A stretch of 20,000 nucleotides of DNA from an uncultured virus (IMG/VR IMGVR_UViG_3300000425_000001) (IMGVR_UViG_3300000425_000001), one strand, 5' to 3'. Counted from the first letter of the stretch, positions 1-9,343 are shown. Notes: generated from the sequence alone by a model not told the origin. Numbers and translations are program-made.

Positions 1-8
1 AATGCATA

Positions 9-2375
9 ATGCCATATGAAGTACGATATAGTGATGAAGCTAATAAAGGTATTATACTAGTTGAAGATAACTTAATTAATATTGAAACTAGTATGCAACT
101 ACCTGGTAAAAGAGCAACAGGATACGGTAAAGCAGTAGCTGAAAACTTTTTACATTTATTAGAAAATTTTGCATCACCAAACGAACCAATAAATCCAGTT
201 GAAGGACAACTATGGTACGACACTGGCGGCGCCGAAAGTCAGTTAAAAATTTACGATAGTACACAGTGGAAAACAGCAAGTGGATTTACTAAATCTGCTG
301 CTAGACCAACAGCTTCACAATCCACCGCAGGTGACTTATGGGTTGACACAACTAACCAACAGTTATTTGTATATACCGGTGCAGCATGGGTTTTGATCGG
401 TCCTGAAACTTCTCTAGGCCTACTCACCGGCGGCAGAAAAGAAGAAATTATTACTACTACAGAAGAAACTGTAGAAATATTTACGCTGTTTATTGAAGGT
501 GTACCGTATGCTATTCTAAGCTCACAGAATTTTACTCCTAAAGCTAAAATTGACGGCTTTAGTGCAATTTCAAAAGGCCTTAACATACGAGACGAAACTC
601 CGTTCGAAGAAAACAATCCAATTAAGTTGCAGGGCGTTGCTGAAAAAGCAAAATCATTAGTTGTTACAACTGCAACTGGGTCACAAAATGTCCCAGCTGA
701 AAACTTTATTAGAAGTGATGCTTCCGGCACTATGCAAAATCAGCTGAGAGTAAAAACCAATGACGGTATTAAAGTTGGGGCAGAAGATCATTTAAACATT
801 AAAGTACTAGCAGGCGATACAGATAGTATTCAATTTATTGCCAGTAAAAATGCATCAAATATTAAGTTTTCGCTAAGAGACGGTAATAAGTTCAATGACG
901 TACTCACTGTTGCAAGTAATGGTACTTTTGGTGTTAACAACACTAACCCAGATGAAGCATTACACGTTGTTGGAAACGTTAAGGTTACACCGATAACTGA
1001 CGATCCAACAAGTGGTGTTATAACAGTAGAAAACACATCCTCAAGTACAGATATTAACTCAGGATCTATTGTTGTTGCCGGCGGCGCAGGCATTGCAGAA
1101 AATCTTAATGTAGGTAACGATGTTTCAATTATAGGTGTTACAACTGTAGCTAATAACGTTTTACCTGCTACAACAGAAAATATAAATGTCGGCTCAGAAA
1201 CACAATTGTTTAATACTGTGCACGCATTAAACTTTAAAGGGTCGTTAGAAGGTGACGTCACTGGTACAGTTAATGGTACAGCAGACAAAGCAAATAAACT
1301 AGCTAATGCTACTACCTTTAGTGTTTCAGGAGATGTTGAAGCACCTAGTTTTGATTTCGATGGAAGTACAGGTGAAGAAAAGACCTTTAATATATCGATC
1401 AAAAACACATTTATTTCCAGCAGAGATGCAGTAGCAAATGTAGCAGGAACAGATGAACTTTTGGTTAACGTAACTTCAGGTAATACAGGTGTACGTAGAG
1501 TTACAAAAAACGATTTTATTAAAACAGTTCCAATTACGCCTGTTGGTTCTATACTACCATTTGGTGGTAACACAGCACCGCCTGGATGGTTAATTTGTAA
1601 TGGAGAAATTGTTAATAAGTCAGCGTATGCTCAGCTATGGGGTGTAATCGGTCATAATTTCTTAGATCCAACTCTACTAGCAGACGGCGGCTCAGCAACA
1701 TTTGCACTTCCGGACATGCGTGGACGTATGCCGCTCGGTGTTGACAACATGGGCGGAACCCCGGCTAATAGAGTTACAAGTTCAGTACAAAGCTTTACAA
1801 ATCTACAGGGTATTAATACTATTGGTACAGGTAGTAATGCAGTATTTTCTGTACAAACAAGTGAAGGAAATTATTCAGTACAAGTTACAAACCCAGGACA
1901 AGGTTATGAAGTTAATGACAAGATCACAATATCAGGTATAATATTTGGTGGTGCATCACCTGCGCATGATTTAACTATTACTGTAAATTCAACTCAAGCT
2001 AGAGGCGTTAAAACATTTAGTATTCAGGGTACTGCATTTACTGGTATAGGTGCTGACAAAATTGGTGCAAGCCTTGGTAGTCAATCTACTGAAATTGAAC
2101 TTAGAAACCTACCCGAACACGATCATCAACTTCGTGGTGATACTAGCCAATATTATGCTATCTCTCAAAGAGCAGAAGATCCAAATAATCCTGGAACCTT
2201 GCTTACTGATACAGATGCAGAAGCAATATCAATTGAAGCAGGAACATCAGGCTTTCAAGGCGTGTCAACAAGCGGCGGAGTTAACACGTCTGCAGGACTT
2301 AGTGTTCCGTTGAATGTAATGAACCCATACTTGTCATTGAATTATATTATATACTACGGAGAAGTTTCAGAATGA
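9..2375 (+). CDS. Baseplate/tail fibre protein with C-terminal phage tail-collar domain
   Basis: 788-aa ORF. The N-terminal GYGKAVAENFLHLLENFA..GQLWYDT domain is shared with the next two ORFs, and the middle is Gly/Thr/Asn/Val-rich. The tail-collar signature PVGSILPFGGNTAPPGWLICNG...FALPDMRGRMPLG starts at ~1539, followed by LPEHDH and a NPYLSLNYII ending typical of collar-containing fibres. The ATG overlaps a TAA at 7-9. Confidence 0.85.
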   Translation: MPYEVRYSDEANKGIILVEDNLINIETSMQLPGKRATGYGKAVAENFLHLLENFASPNEPINPVEGQLWYDTGGAESQLKIYDSTQWKTASGFTKSAARPTASQSTAGDLWVDTTNQQLFVYTGAAWVLIGPETSLGLLTGGRKEEIITTTEETVEIFTLFIEGVPYAILSSQNFTPKAKIDGFSAISKGLNIRDETPFEENNPIKLQGVAEKAKSLVVTTATGSQNVPAENFIRSDASGTMQNQLRVKTNDGIKVGAEDHLNIKVLAGDTDSIQFIASKNASNIKFSLRDGNKFNDVLTVASNGTFGVNNTNPDEALHVVGNVKVTPITDDPTSGVITVENTSSSTDINSGSIVVAGGAGIAENLNVGNDVSIIGVTTVANNVLPATTENINVGSETQLFNTVHALNFKGSLEGDVTGTVNGTADKANKLANATTFSVSGDVEAPSFDFDGSTGEEKTFNISIKNTFISSRDAVANVAGTDELLVNVTSGNTGVRRVTKNDFIKTVPITPVGSILPFGGNTAPPGWLICNGEIVNKSAYAQLWGVIGHNFLDPTLLADGGSATFALPDMRGRMPLGVDNMGGTPANRVTSSVQSFTNLQGINTIGTGSNAVFSVQTSEGNYSVQVTNPGQGYEVNDKITISGIIFGGASPAHDLTITVNSTQARGVKTFSIQGTAFTGIGADKIGASLGSQSTEIELRNLPEHDHQLRGDTSQYYAISQRAEDPNNPGTLLTDTDAEAISIEAGTSGFQGVSTSGGVNTSAGLSVPLNVMNPYLSLNYIIYYGEVSE

Positions 2376-4258
2376 GCTATCAACTAAACAAAACAGACGG
2401 TACAATATTAGTAGACCTAATAGATGGTAAAATTGATAGTAACAGCACTAACTTAACATTAGTTGGTAGAGGGTATAGAGGATACGGCGAAGTTTTTAAT
2501 GAAAATTTTATTAAACTATTAGAAAACTTTTCAAACACTGCTGCTCCGAGCAATCCACTAAGAGGGCAGTTATGGTGGGATACGTCAAACGAGAAACTAA
2601 AACTATATACTGGCACACAATGGAAGTCTACCGGCGAACCTTTTGTGCAAGCAACACAGCCTGATGACTTAACTGAAGGTGACTTTTGGTTTGACAATAG
2701 AAATGATCAGCTTTATTTCTTTGACGGAACAGGTGATCCTCTATTAATCGGACCAGGATATACAACCAGTCAAGGTAAAAGTGGTCTTTTTGTTGAAAAT
2801 ATTAGAAGTACAACTGGTTCAAACGTAGCAGTTGTAAAGTTGTTTATAGCTAGCTCAGAAGTTGGGTTGTTTAGTAACTCAGAATTTATTCCAACACTAC
2901 AAGATCAAGTAGCACAGTTGGTCAATGATGATAACCCGAATGGGATTATTTTTAAAGGCTTTAATGTTTACGAAAAAGAAAACTTTAGATTTATCGGTAT
3001 TGCTGAAAGTACAAGTAAACTTCAAACACAAGACGGTAGCTTATTAACAGCTGACCAATTTTTAAGAACAGACCAAGATGGATTGACTCTAGGAAGCCTT
3101 GATATACGAAACACACAAGGTTTGCAGTTTTCAACAGTTGACAATGCATATGTTAACATGCGTCCTCAAGGCACCGACTTCTTTATAGAAAACAGCTTAA
3201 CAGCAAGCGACCTAAGACTAAGAGTACGTTCAGGTGCTAATCAAGGTCAAATTGTTGATGCAATTCGAGTTGATGCAAGTGAAGGTAGAATTGGCATATT
3301 TAATGTTGGTAGACTACCACAGTACACACTAGACTTAGAAGGCGACATGCGTATCACAGGCAACCTAACAGTTGAAGGTGAACAGTTGAGTGTTGAAGTT
3401 ACATCTCTACAAGTTTTGGACAAATCGATTAAACTTGCTGTTACTGCCGAAGGCATAGCAGGTCCTGACACCGTTGCAGACGGCGGCGGCATTGTATTGA
3501 GATCTAATCAAGGTGACAAGTCAATAGTCTGGCGCCAAGATACTAACAGTTGGACATTTAATAAAAATATTGATATCCTAGACCCATTAGGCGGATTGTC
3601 GATAGCAGGTGTAACTAAAATTGCAGGCTCAAGTTTGCAGAACATTACTTTTGCTGACGATCTTGTGAGACTCGGAACACTTGTTAGTCTTAATGTTGAT
3701 AACTTAAACCTAGATGGCAACACAATTACTTCGACTACTGTGCTAAACATAAACTCACAGGGCGAGCTAAACATTACCACAGGCGGTGATATTAACCTAG
3801 TACAAAGTCGTAAAATAAGAAATGTTTCACCCCCTGAATTAAACCAAGATGCTGCAAATAAAATTTATGTTGACAGTTCGTTCTTAACAGCACCGCTTAC
3901 ACTAACATTTGATGTTACTGGACTAGACACAGACATATCATATCTAGATACACTAGCTAGTTATATACAAGACCTATTTCCAGCAGAGTCACGTAACATT
4001 GGCAAGGTAGCAAAAATACACACGACCAGTTATTCAAGTGTTGAAATTAATATCGACGGCGCTAAAAACGTTGAAACTGTTGCTGTTGATGCCGGTGGTA
4101 CGCTCAACCAGCCAGTTGTACGAGATATTGCTTTTAGTAATATTCAATTTGCTAATCCGAATCGTCAGTTACTTGAATATGAAATTGAAGATTACTTCGA
4201 TCCAGACACTGGTTTAACTAGCCCAGCGTGGGTTTGGCAGAACACTACACAGTACTAA
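2372..4258 (+). CDS. Baseplate/tail fibre structural protein (paralog of 9..2375)
   Basis: 628-aa ORF with an ATGA overlap to the upstream gene. It carries GYGEVFNENFIKLLENFS..GQLWWDT, GDFWFD..QLYF..LIGP and DQFLRTD motifs matching its neighbours, plus a P....DAANKIYVD motif common in fibre proteins. Confidence 0.8.
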   Translation: MSYQLNKTDGTILVDLIDGKIDSNSTNLTLVGRGYRGYGEVFNENFIKLLENFSNTAAPSNPLRGQLWWDTSNEKLKLYTGTQWKSTGEPFVQATQPDDLTEGDFWFDNRNDQLYFFDGTGDPLLIGPGYTTSQGKSGLFVENIRSTTGSNVAVVKLFIASSEVGLFSNSEFIPTLQDQVAQLVNDDNPNGIIFKGFNVYEKENFRFIGIAESTSKLQTQDGSLLTADQFLRTDQDGLTLGSLDIRNTQGLQFSTVDNAYVNMRPQGTDFFIENSLTASDLRLRVRSGANQGQIVDAIRVDASEGRIGIFNVGRLPQYTLDLEGDMRITGNLTVEGEQLSVEVTSLQVLDKSIKLAVTAEGIAGPDTVADGGGIVLRSNQGDKSIVWRQDTNSWTFNKNIDILDPLGGLSIAGVTKIAGSSLQNITFADDLVRLGTLVSLNVDNLNLDGNTITSTTVLNINSQGELNITTGGDINLVQSRKIRNVSPPELNQDAANKIYVDSSFLTAPLTLTFDVTGLDTDISYLDTLASYIQDLFPAESRNIGKVAKIHTTSYSSVEINIDGAKNVETVAVDAGGTLNQPVVRDIAFSNIQFANPNRQLLEYEIEDYFDPDTGLTSPAWVWQNTTQY

Positions 4259-4261
4259 TAA

Positions 4262-4269
4262 GATAAATA
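4262..4269 (+). promoter_or_regulatory. Putative T4-type late promoter (GATAAATA)
   Basis: GATAAATA matches the T4 late consensus TATAAATA at 7/8 positions. It lies in the only sizeable intergenic gap of the structural module (4259-4297), upstream of a GAGGA SD (4284-4288) and the ATG at 4298. Confidence 0.55.
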
Positions 4270-4297
4270 TATATAACAACCCAGAGGAACAACCAGT

Positions 4298-5821
4298 ATG
4301 GCATACCAAATAGATAGATTTGATAACTCACAACTAACAATTGTAGAGGACGGCACACTAGATCAAACAACTAACCTTAAGTTTATAGGTAAAAACTATG
4401 CAGGCTACGGCGAAATTCAAAACGAAAATTTACTTTTCTTATTAGAAAACTTCGCAGGCGGCAATGCACCTACAAGAGCTATTAGAGGACAAATTTGGTT
4501 TGACACAGCACAGAATAAAATTAAATATTTTGTTGCAGCAGACAATGCATCGCCGGGTGTAGGATACTGGAAAGCAACAGGCGGCTCAGAAGTTAATGCA
4601 TTAACACCAAATGGGTTATCTGAGGGTGATTTTTGGTGGAATAATAGTACACAACAGTTGTACGTTTTAAATGCTAACGGTGATTTTGTATTAGTTGGTC
4701 CACAAGTAGCTGGCTCGGGTGTTACGAATATGGTTAGTGCTGAAGTGCAAGACACAACTGGTGCATCGAGAAGCATTATTCAGTCAGTTATTGACGACAC
4801 TGTGGTTTATATTATTAGTGCTAACGAGTTTACATTAAATGCAGTTAATCCGATTGAAGGTTTTGATAGAATTCGCAAAGGTCTAACACTAAAATGGACT
4901 ATGAATGCAGACAACGGAGTTACAAACAGTGCTCAAATTACTGATAGAGTGTTTCAATGGCACGGTACAGCATCTAATGCTGATAGACTAGGTGGTATTG
5001 ATGCAGCTAACTATGTAACTACACTAGCACCTAGCTTTACAAACACAGTATCATTTGACGATGTTGGTCTAACCATCGGTGAAGGACTAGATCTAAGACT
5101 GTCCATTGAAAACGGCGATAAAGCAGTAATTGAAAACCAAACTGGTAACAGTAGTGAAATAAGATTTAAAGCAACTAACTTGTCCGGTGTAGGAACAACA
5201 TCAATTGTTATTAAACACAACGAGTTGGCTCCATTTACAAATAATAGTATCAGACTAGGTAATGCAAGTTATAAATTTAGTGAAGTACATTCTACTGAAT
5301 TTAAGGGTATTGCAGATCAAGCTGCGCTATTAGCAGTAGACGATAACGATCTAGTTCCTTATCAGTCTGCTACGTCAGCACCAACAGCAAATAAAATTGT
5401 TTCAAGAGACAGCTCCGGTAATATAGCAGCGAATGTTATTATTGGTACAGCAACACAAGCTCGTTATGCTGACCTTGCAGAAAAATATACAACAGGTGAA
5501 GAACTAGCACCAGGTACAGCAGTAACAGTATGTGTGCATGACGGATATGAAATTGCACCAGCAAGTGCAAGTGACCACTGTATTGGAGTAATATCAACAG
5601 ATCCTGCACTAATGATGAATAGTGAAGCTGAAGGACAATATGTTGGTCTTAAAGGACGCTTGCCTGTACGAGTAAGCGGTCCTGTTAGAAAAGGGCAAGC
5701 AGTGTATGCATGGAATGATGGAGTATGCCGTACAATTACAACTACTGCATTTGTTGGCATTGCACTAGAAGCAAATAACGAAGAGGGTGAAAAGCTAGTA
5801 GAGTGTGTTCTAAAAGTATAA
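4298..5821 (+). CDS. Baseplate/tail fibre protein with C-terminal ADLAE (peptidase G2/intramolecular chaperone-like) domain
   Basis: 507-aa ORF with SD GAGGA. It has the shared N-terminal GKNYAGYGEIQNENLLFLLENFA..GQIWFDT domain and a C-terminal ARYADLAEKY...GVISTDPALMMN...VGLKGRLPVRVSGPVRKG region. Confidence 0.8.
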   Translation: MAYQIDRFDNSQLTIVEDGTLDQTTNLKFIGKNYAGYGEIQNENLLFLLENFAGGNAPTRAIRGQIWFDTAQNKIKYFVAADNASPGVGYWKATGGSEVNALTPNGLSEGDFWWNNSTQQLYVLNANGDFVLVGPQVAGSGVTNMVSAEVQDTTGASRSIIQSVIDDTVVYIISANEFTLNAVNPIEGFDRIRKGLTLKWTMNADNGVTNSAQITDRVFQWHGTASNADRLGGIDAANYVTTLAPSFTNTVSFDDVGLTIGEGLDLRLSIENGDKAVIENQTGNSSEIRFKATNLSGVGTTSIVIKHNELAPFTNNSIRLGNASYKFSEVHSTEFKGIADQAALLAVDDNDLVPYQSATSAPTANKIVSRDSSGNIAANVIIGTATQARYADLAEKYTTGEELAPGTAVTVCVHDGYEIAPASASDHCIGVISTDPALMMNSEAEGQYVGLKGRLPVRVSGPVRKGQAVYAWNDGVCRTITTTAFVGIALEANNEEGEKLVECVLKV

Positions 5822-5833
5822 AGGAAAAATACA

Positions 5834-6889
5834 ATGGCTGTCGGTGATCCAATTACAGCATCAAGGTTTAACCTTTTACAAAAAAGATTAGCATCTATAC
5901 TAGGTAGTGGTAATGCACAGACAGGCTACGGCCAGGGTATATCCGGGTACGGCGGTCGAGTATCCAGTAGCGAAGTTTCGGTACTAGCTGAAAGTAATAG
6001 AAATATTGCAACAGCTGAAAATATCAACGAACTTTATACAGACATTTTAAGAGCAAGAATTCATCAAATCGGGTTTGACAACGAAGAAATTACAAATGCT
6101 GTACGTACTGCTAGGCTAAAGCCTAACTTGAATCTTATTGCAGACGAAACTAGTAATTTTTTCTCAAATCTAGCTGTTGAAGCTGATGACCCCGATGGTG
6201 AACTGCTAGGAATGCGTGATTTTGAGCGTATGATGGATCGTGTAGAAGAGGATAAATTTCTTGTTCACGAATCGATGGCAATCGAAGAAACAGGTGAAAG
6301 CTTTTTTAGAGTACGAAAGTGGGACTTTAGATTAACACACGAAGTTAGAGTGCGTTTTAGAAATGCAAATCACCGTAGACATTTTTTTAATAGTGGCGGA
6401 CAAATACTAATAAGTGCACTATTAAACAATCCTTCGGGAAATAAGTCGTTAGACTGGGCACAAACTCTATCGTTAGCCGGAATATTTAAATTTGGACATA
6501 ACTATTCAGAAAGTACTAGTACTGATACAGTGTCTCCTCCGACCTTACTTACAAACATAGGAAATTACCAACTTTCAACAGAATACGATGTATATACTGG
6601 TACAAATTTAGTCGGGCCATTATTTGTTAAACAAAGCCGCGGCGAATACGATGATGGAAGATATACAGATAATAGTTTTACGATAAGTGCAAAAGAAATT
6701 AATGCATCAGAAATACAATTTAGAATGGTATACGATGACGTATCTGCTGATTCTTTTGAGTATGTACAAGGAACAATGCGTAGTTTTGTAAATCATTATC
6801 GTTCTAGAGGTACTTTTGAATCCGAAAATGATATATACTTAAACGTGGAAGTTCCTGCCCCGTATTACGAAAACATAACAACTTTTTAG
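5834..6889 (+). CDS. Putative virion structural protein (paralog family B, copy 1)
   Basis: 351-aa ORF with SD AAGGA at 5821-5825. Motifs ITASRFNLLQ, LYTDILRARIHQIG, EEDKFLVH, HRRHFFNSGGQI and KSLDWA are shared with the next two ORFs. The structural role is inferred from context. Confidence 0.7.
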   Translation: MAVGDPITASRFNLLQKRLASILGSGNAQTGYGQGISGYGGRVSSSEVSVLAESNRNIATAENINELYTDILRARIHQIGFDNEEITNAVRTARLKPNLNLIADETSNFFSNLAVEADDPDGELLGMRDFERMMDRVEEDKFLVHESMAIEETGESFFRVRKWDFRLTHEVRVRFRNANHRRHFFNSGGQILISALLNNPSGNKSLDWAQTLSLAGIFKFGHNYSESTSTDTVSPPTLLTNIGNYQLSTEYDVYTGTNLVGPLFVKQSRGEYDDGRYTDNSFTISAKEINASEIQFRMVYDDVSADSFEYVQGTMRSFVNHYRSRGTFESENDIYLNVEVPAPYYENITTF

Positions 6890-6897
6890 GATTATCT

Positions 6898-7959
6898 ATG
6901 GCCAATATAGTAACAGCAGAACGTTTTAACAATCTCCAAACACGCATTACACGAATATTAGGCTTTGGCGACGGAGACTTTGGATATAAACAAGGTTACA
7001 GCGAACCAACAGGGAACTATGGTCCTGCTGAATCCAGTTCTCCGGTATCAGCTAATCCATTAAGCAATAGGAATATCGCTACTGCTGAAGATACAAATCA
7101 ATTATATATTGATTTATTAAGAGCAAGAATACATCAAATAGGTATTGATAATGCTGAAATTACTAATATTGTAAAAAATACTCGTATTGTAAAGGATAGA
7201 AATGTCATTGCAGAAGGTGAAAGTTTCTTTGTAGACGACGACGGAACAGAAACCGTTGACCCGGAAGGATTTGCCAAAGGATTTGTAGACTTTGAACTGT
7301 TAATGGACGCAATTGAAAATGATAAATTTCTCTGTCATTCTACACAAGGTGTTGTTGAAACCGGAGAGTTAGCTAATTCAGGATTTCCGGCTGTATCTCA
7401 GAGAACGCTTGGGTGGAATACTACTATTGAATTTGTTGTAAAGGTTGTATTTAACGATTTTGATCACAGACGTGCATTCTTTAATAGTGGCGGCGAAATA
7501 AGATTAGAAGCAGCCCTAGACTTACCCGAAGGTGCTAAATCAGGTGACTGGGCTGACATGCTTAATTCGTCGGGAGTTATTAAATTTGGGTACGACGAAA
7601 CAACAGGAACTGCCCAAGGTATAAAATATCCAGTAGGTAATAATGATTTAGATCAAATAGATTACCAATTATTGTTTACTAAGTCAAGTACTGGAATTAC
7701 ACTTGGTGGAATTTATTCAGCAAATAATTTTAATATCAGTGCAATATTGCTCAGTGATAGAATTATCCAATTTAAGTTTGAATTTAATGATGCAAACGCA
7801 TCGGGCGACGTTGATGATTTAATTGTAGGGAATATGTCAGCTACAGCAGGTCACTTTAGAGCAAAGGGGATTTTTGAAGACCCAGCCGACAATATTTTTA
7901 ATGTAGAAGTGCCACCGCCGTTGTATCAAATAGTAACTGAACTCTATGAAGGCGTCTAA
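6898..7959 (+). CDS. Putative virion structural protein (paralog family B, copy 2)
   Basis: 353-aa ORF with AGGA at 6888-6891. Motifs VTAERFNNLQ, LYIDLLRARIHQIG, ENDKFLCH, HRRAFFNSGGEI and KSGDWA. Confidence 0.7.
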   Translation: MANIVTAERFNNLQTRITRILGFGDGDFGYKQGYSEPTGNYGPAESSSPVSANPLSNRNIATAEDTNQLYIDLLRARIHQIGIDNAEITNIVKNTRIVKDRNVIAEGESFFVDDDGTETVDPEGFAKGFVDFELLMDAIENDKFLCHSTQGVVETGELANSGFPAVSQRTLGWNTTIEFVVKVVFNDFDHRRAFFNSGGEIRLEAALDLPEGAKSGDWADMLNSSGVIKFGYDETTGTAQGIKYPVGNNDLDQIDYQLLFTKSSTGITLGGIYSANNFNISAILLSDRIIQFKFEFNDANASGDVDDLIVGNMSATAGHFRAKGIFEDPADNIFNVEVPPPLYQIVTELYEGV

Positions 7960-8943
7960 ATGGCAACTACTATAAAGATTACTGCTGCTAATTATAATAG
8001 CTTACAAGATCAGATATCTGCCGTACTAACGACAAGCCTTACTGGGTCACCGCAAACAGGATGGGGTCAGTCTAGTAATAGTGACACGCACGAACCAGCT
8101 GCTCCTGAAAGTACGCTAATTACAGCGCAACAATATGAAGATCTTTATATTGATGTTGTAAGATCAAGAGTACACCAAATTGGCGCTAGTGCATTTACAA
8201 TTGAAGATTTTGTCACAGGTGATTATGTAACAAATACTACTAATACAGATTTAGTAGAACATCTATATTTTACCGATCTACAAACACTAATTAATACAAT
8301 AGAAACTGACAAGTTTGTTGTGCATAGTACTCAAGTAGATGATGTTGCATATGCAGCAAATACACGTTCATCGGGTTGGAACCAGCAGGTTGTACACGAG
8401 TTTAGCTTAGTCTGGTCGAGTGCACAACACAGGCGACACTATTTTAATGCAGGCGGTGTTATCCGTATTTCGTCAGATTTAGCAGGAAACTCTTCCGCAA
8501 AAGGAATTGACTGGGCAAATGCACTCGATTACGGCACACTTAATTTTAGTTATAACGAAACCTATACCTTAGATGGTGCAAACAAAACTGTACAAAGCTC
8601 GATAGGAAATTATAACGGTCTAACAAGCTCGTATCAGGTTATATTTTCTCGCAGCCCTGCTGCATACACACCTAATATCTATTCCATCGAAGCAAAAGAA
8701 ACAAATGCTTCTCGAATAGATTTTAAGATTACATATGATGATGTAAACAACTCTGCACTAACACCAGGTGATGCTAATGACGGGTTTCCGGATGTTGATG
8801 AATTGGTAACAGGCATACTAACCAGTCAAGTTAATGCTATCAAGCCATGGGGTACAGTTACTATTGCTGGCACTGTGTATGATACAGTAAAGGTCAATGA
8901 ACCCACGTATTCTGTTATAACAAATCTTTCACAAGGCTCTTGA
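7960..8943 (+). CDS. Putative virion structural protein (paralog family B, copy 3)
   Basis: 327-aa ORF abutting the previous stop codon. Motifs ITAANYNSLQ, LYIDVVRSRVHQIG, ETDKFVVH, HRRHYFNAGGVI and KGIDWA. Confidence 0.7.
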   Translation: MATTIKITAANYNSLQDQISAVLTTSLTGSPQTGWGQSSNSDTHEPAAPESTLITAQQYEDLYIDVVRSRVHQIGASAFTIEDFVTGDYVTNTTNTDLVEHLYFTDLQTLINTIETDKFVVHSTQVDDVAYAANTRSSGWNQQVVHEFSLVWSSAQHRRHYFNAGGVIRISSDLAGNSSAKGIDWANALDYGTLNFSYNETYTLDGANKTVQSSIGNYNGLTSSYQVIFSRSPAAYTPNIYSIEAKETNASRIDFKITYDDVNNSALTPGDANDGFPDVDELVTGILTSQVNAIKPWGTVTIAGTVYDTVKVNEPTYSVITNLSQGS

Positions 8944-8968
8944 CACTCTCTTAAATTTGTGTTATACT
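8940..8968 (+). promoter_or_regulatory. Sigma70-type promoter, -35 TTGACA / extended -10 TGtTATACT
   Basis: TTGACA at 8940-8945 overlaps the TGA stop at 8941-8943. It is followed by a 17-nt spacer with TG at 8960-8961, TATACT at 8963-8968, SD AGGAG at 8979-8983 and ATG at 8990. Confidence 0.85.
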
Positions 8969-8989
8969 TGTGAAAAGCAGGAGTATATC

Positions 8990-9343
8990 ATGGACGAAAG
9001 ATTAGCACAGGCACTAGAGTTCTCGAATTTTATCACCACAATTAATAATCAAAAACGAATGATTAAAGAAAAATATTTTCAATCTTTAATCTACTTTGTA
9101 CAAGGCGGACAGTTTACAGTTACCAAAGAACTTATTACATTTGTAACACTACTTGTAGAAAAAGGAAATATTGAAAATATAGTCTTAGTTGATGATAATG
9201 ATAGACCAATTGAAATTAGCGATCTTGAATTATTTTTAGAAGAAGTGCTTTCAATTTATTTTGAATCTTCAAATATGTATCATCAAAAATACACCGAATT
9301 GTCAAAAAGTAGAGATATTGGATCGCTAGTAAACAATGACTAA
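8990..9343 (+). CDS. Hypothetical protein (117 aa), first gene of the putative glycan operon
   Basis: Start moved from the track's TTG at 8957, which lies inside the promoter spacer, to ATG 8990 because AGGAG ends 6 nt before it. Protein begins MDERLAQALEFSNF. Confidence 0.8.
   Translation: MDERLAQALEFSNFITTINNQKRMIKEKYFQSLIYFVQGGQFTVTKELITFVTLLVEKGNIENIVLVDDNDRPIEISDLELFLEEVLSIYFESSNMYHQKYTELSKSRDIGSLVNND

Noticed and set aside
1702..2313. Short alternative-frame + strand ORFs (1702..1941, 2050..2313)
   Set aside because: They are nested in the tail fibre gene with no convincing SD or motif, and the main frame is intact.
88..5760. Long minus-strand ORFs (e.g. 251..730, 830..1573, 2380..2697, 4417..4776, 5464..5760)
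   Set aside because: They lie antisense to well-supported structural genes and show no motifs. They are consistent with shadow ORFs produced by codon bias.
8957..8989. Track start at TTG 8957 (MCYTCEKQEYI extension with an apparent CxxC)
   Set aside because: This start lies inside the promoter spacer; ATG 8990 has a proper AGGAG SD.
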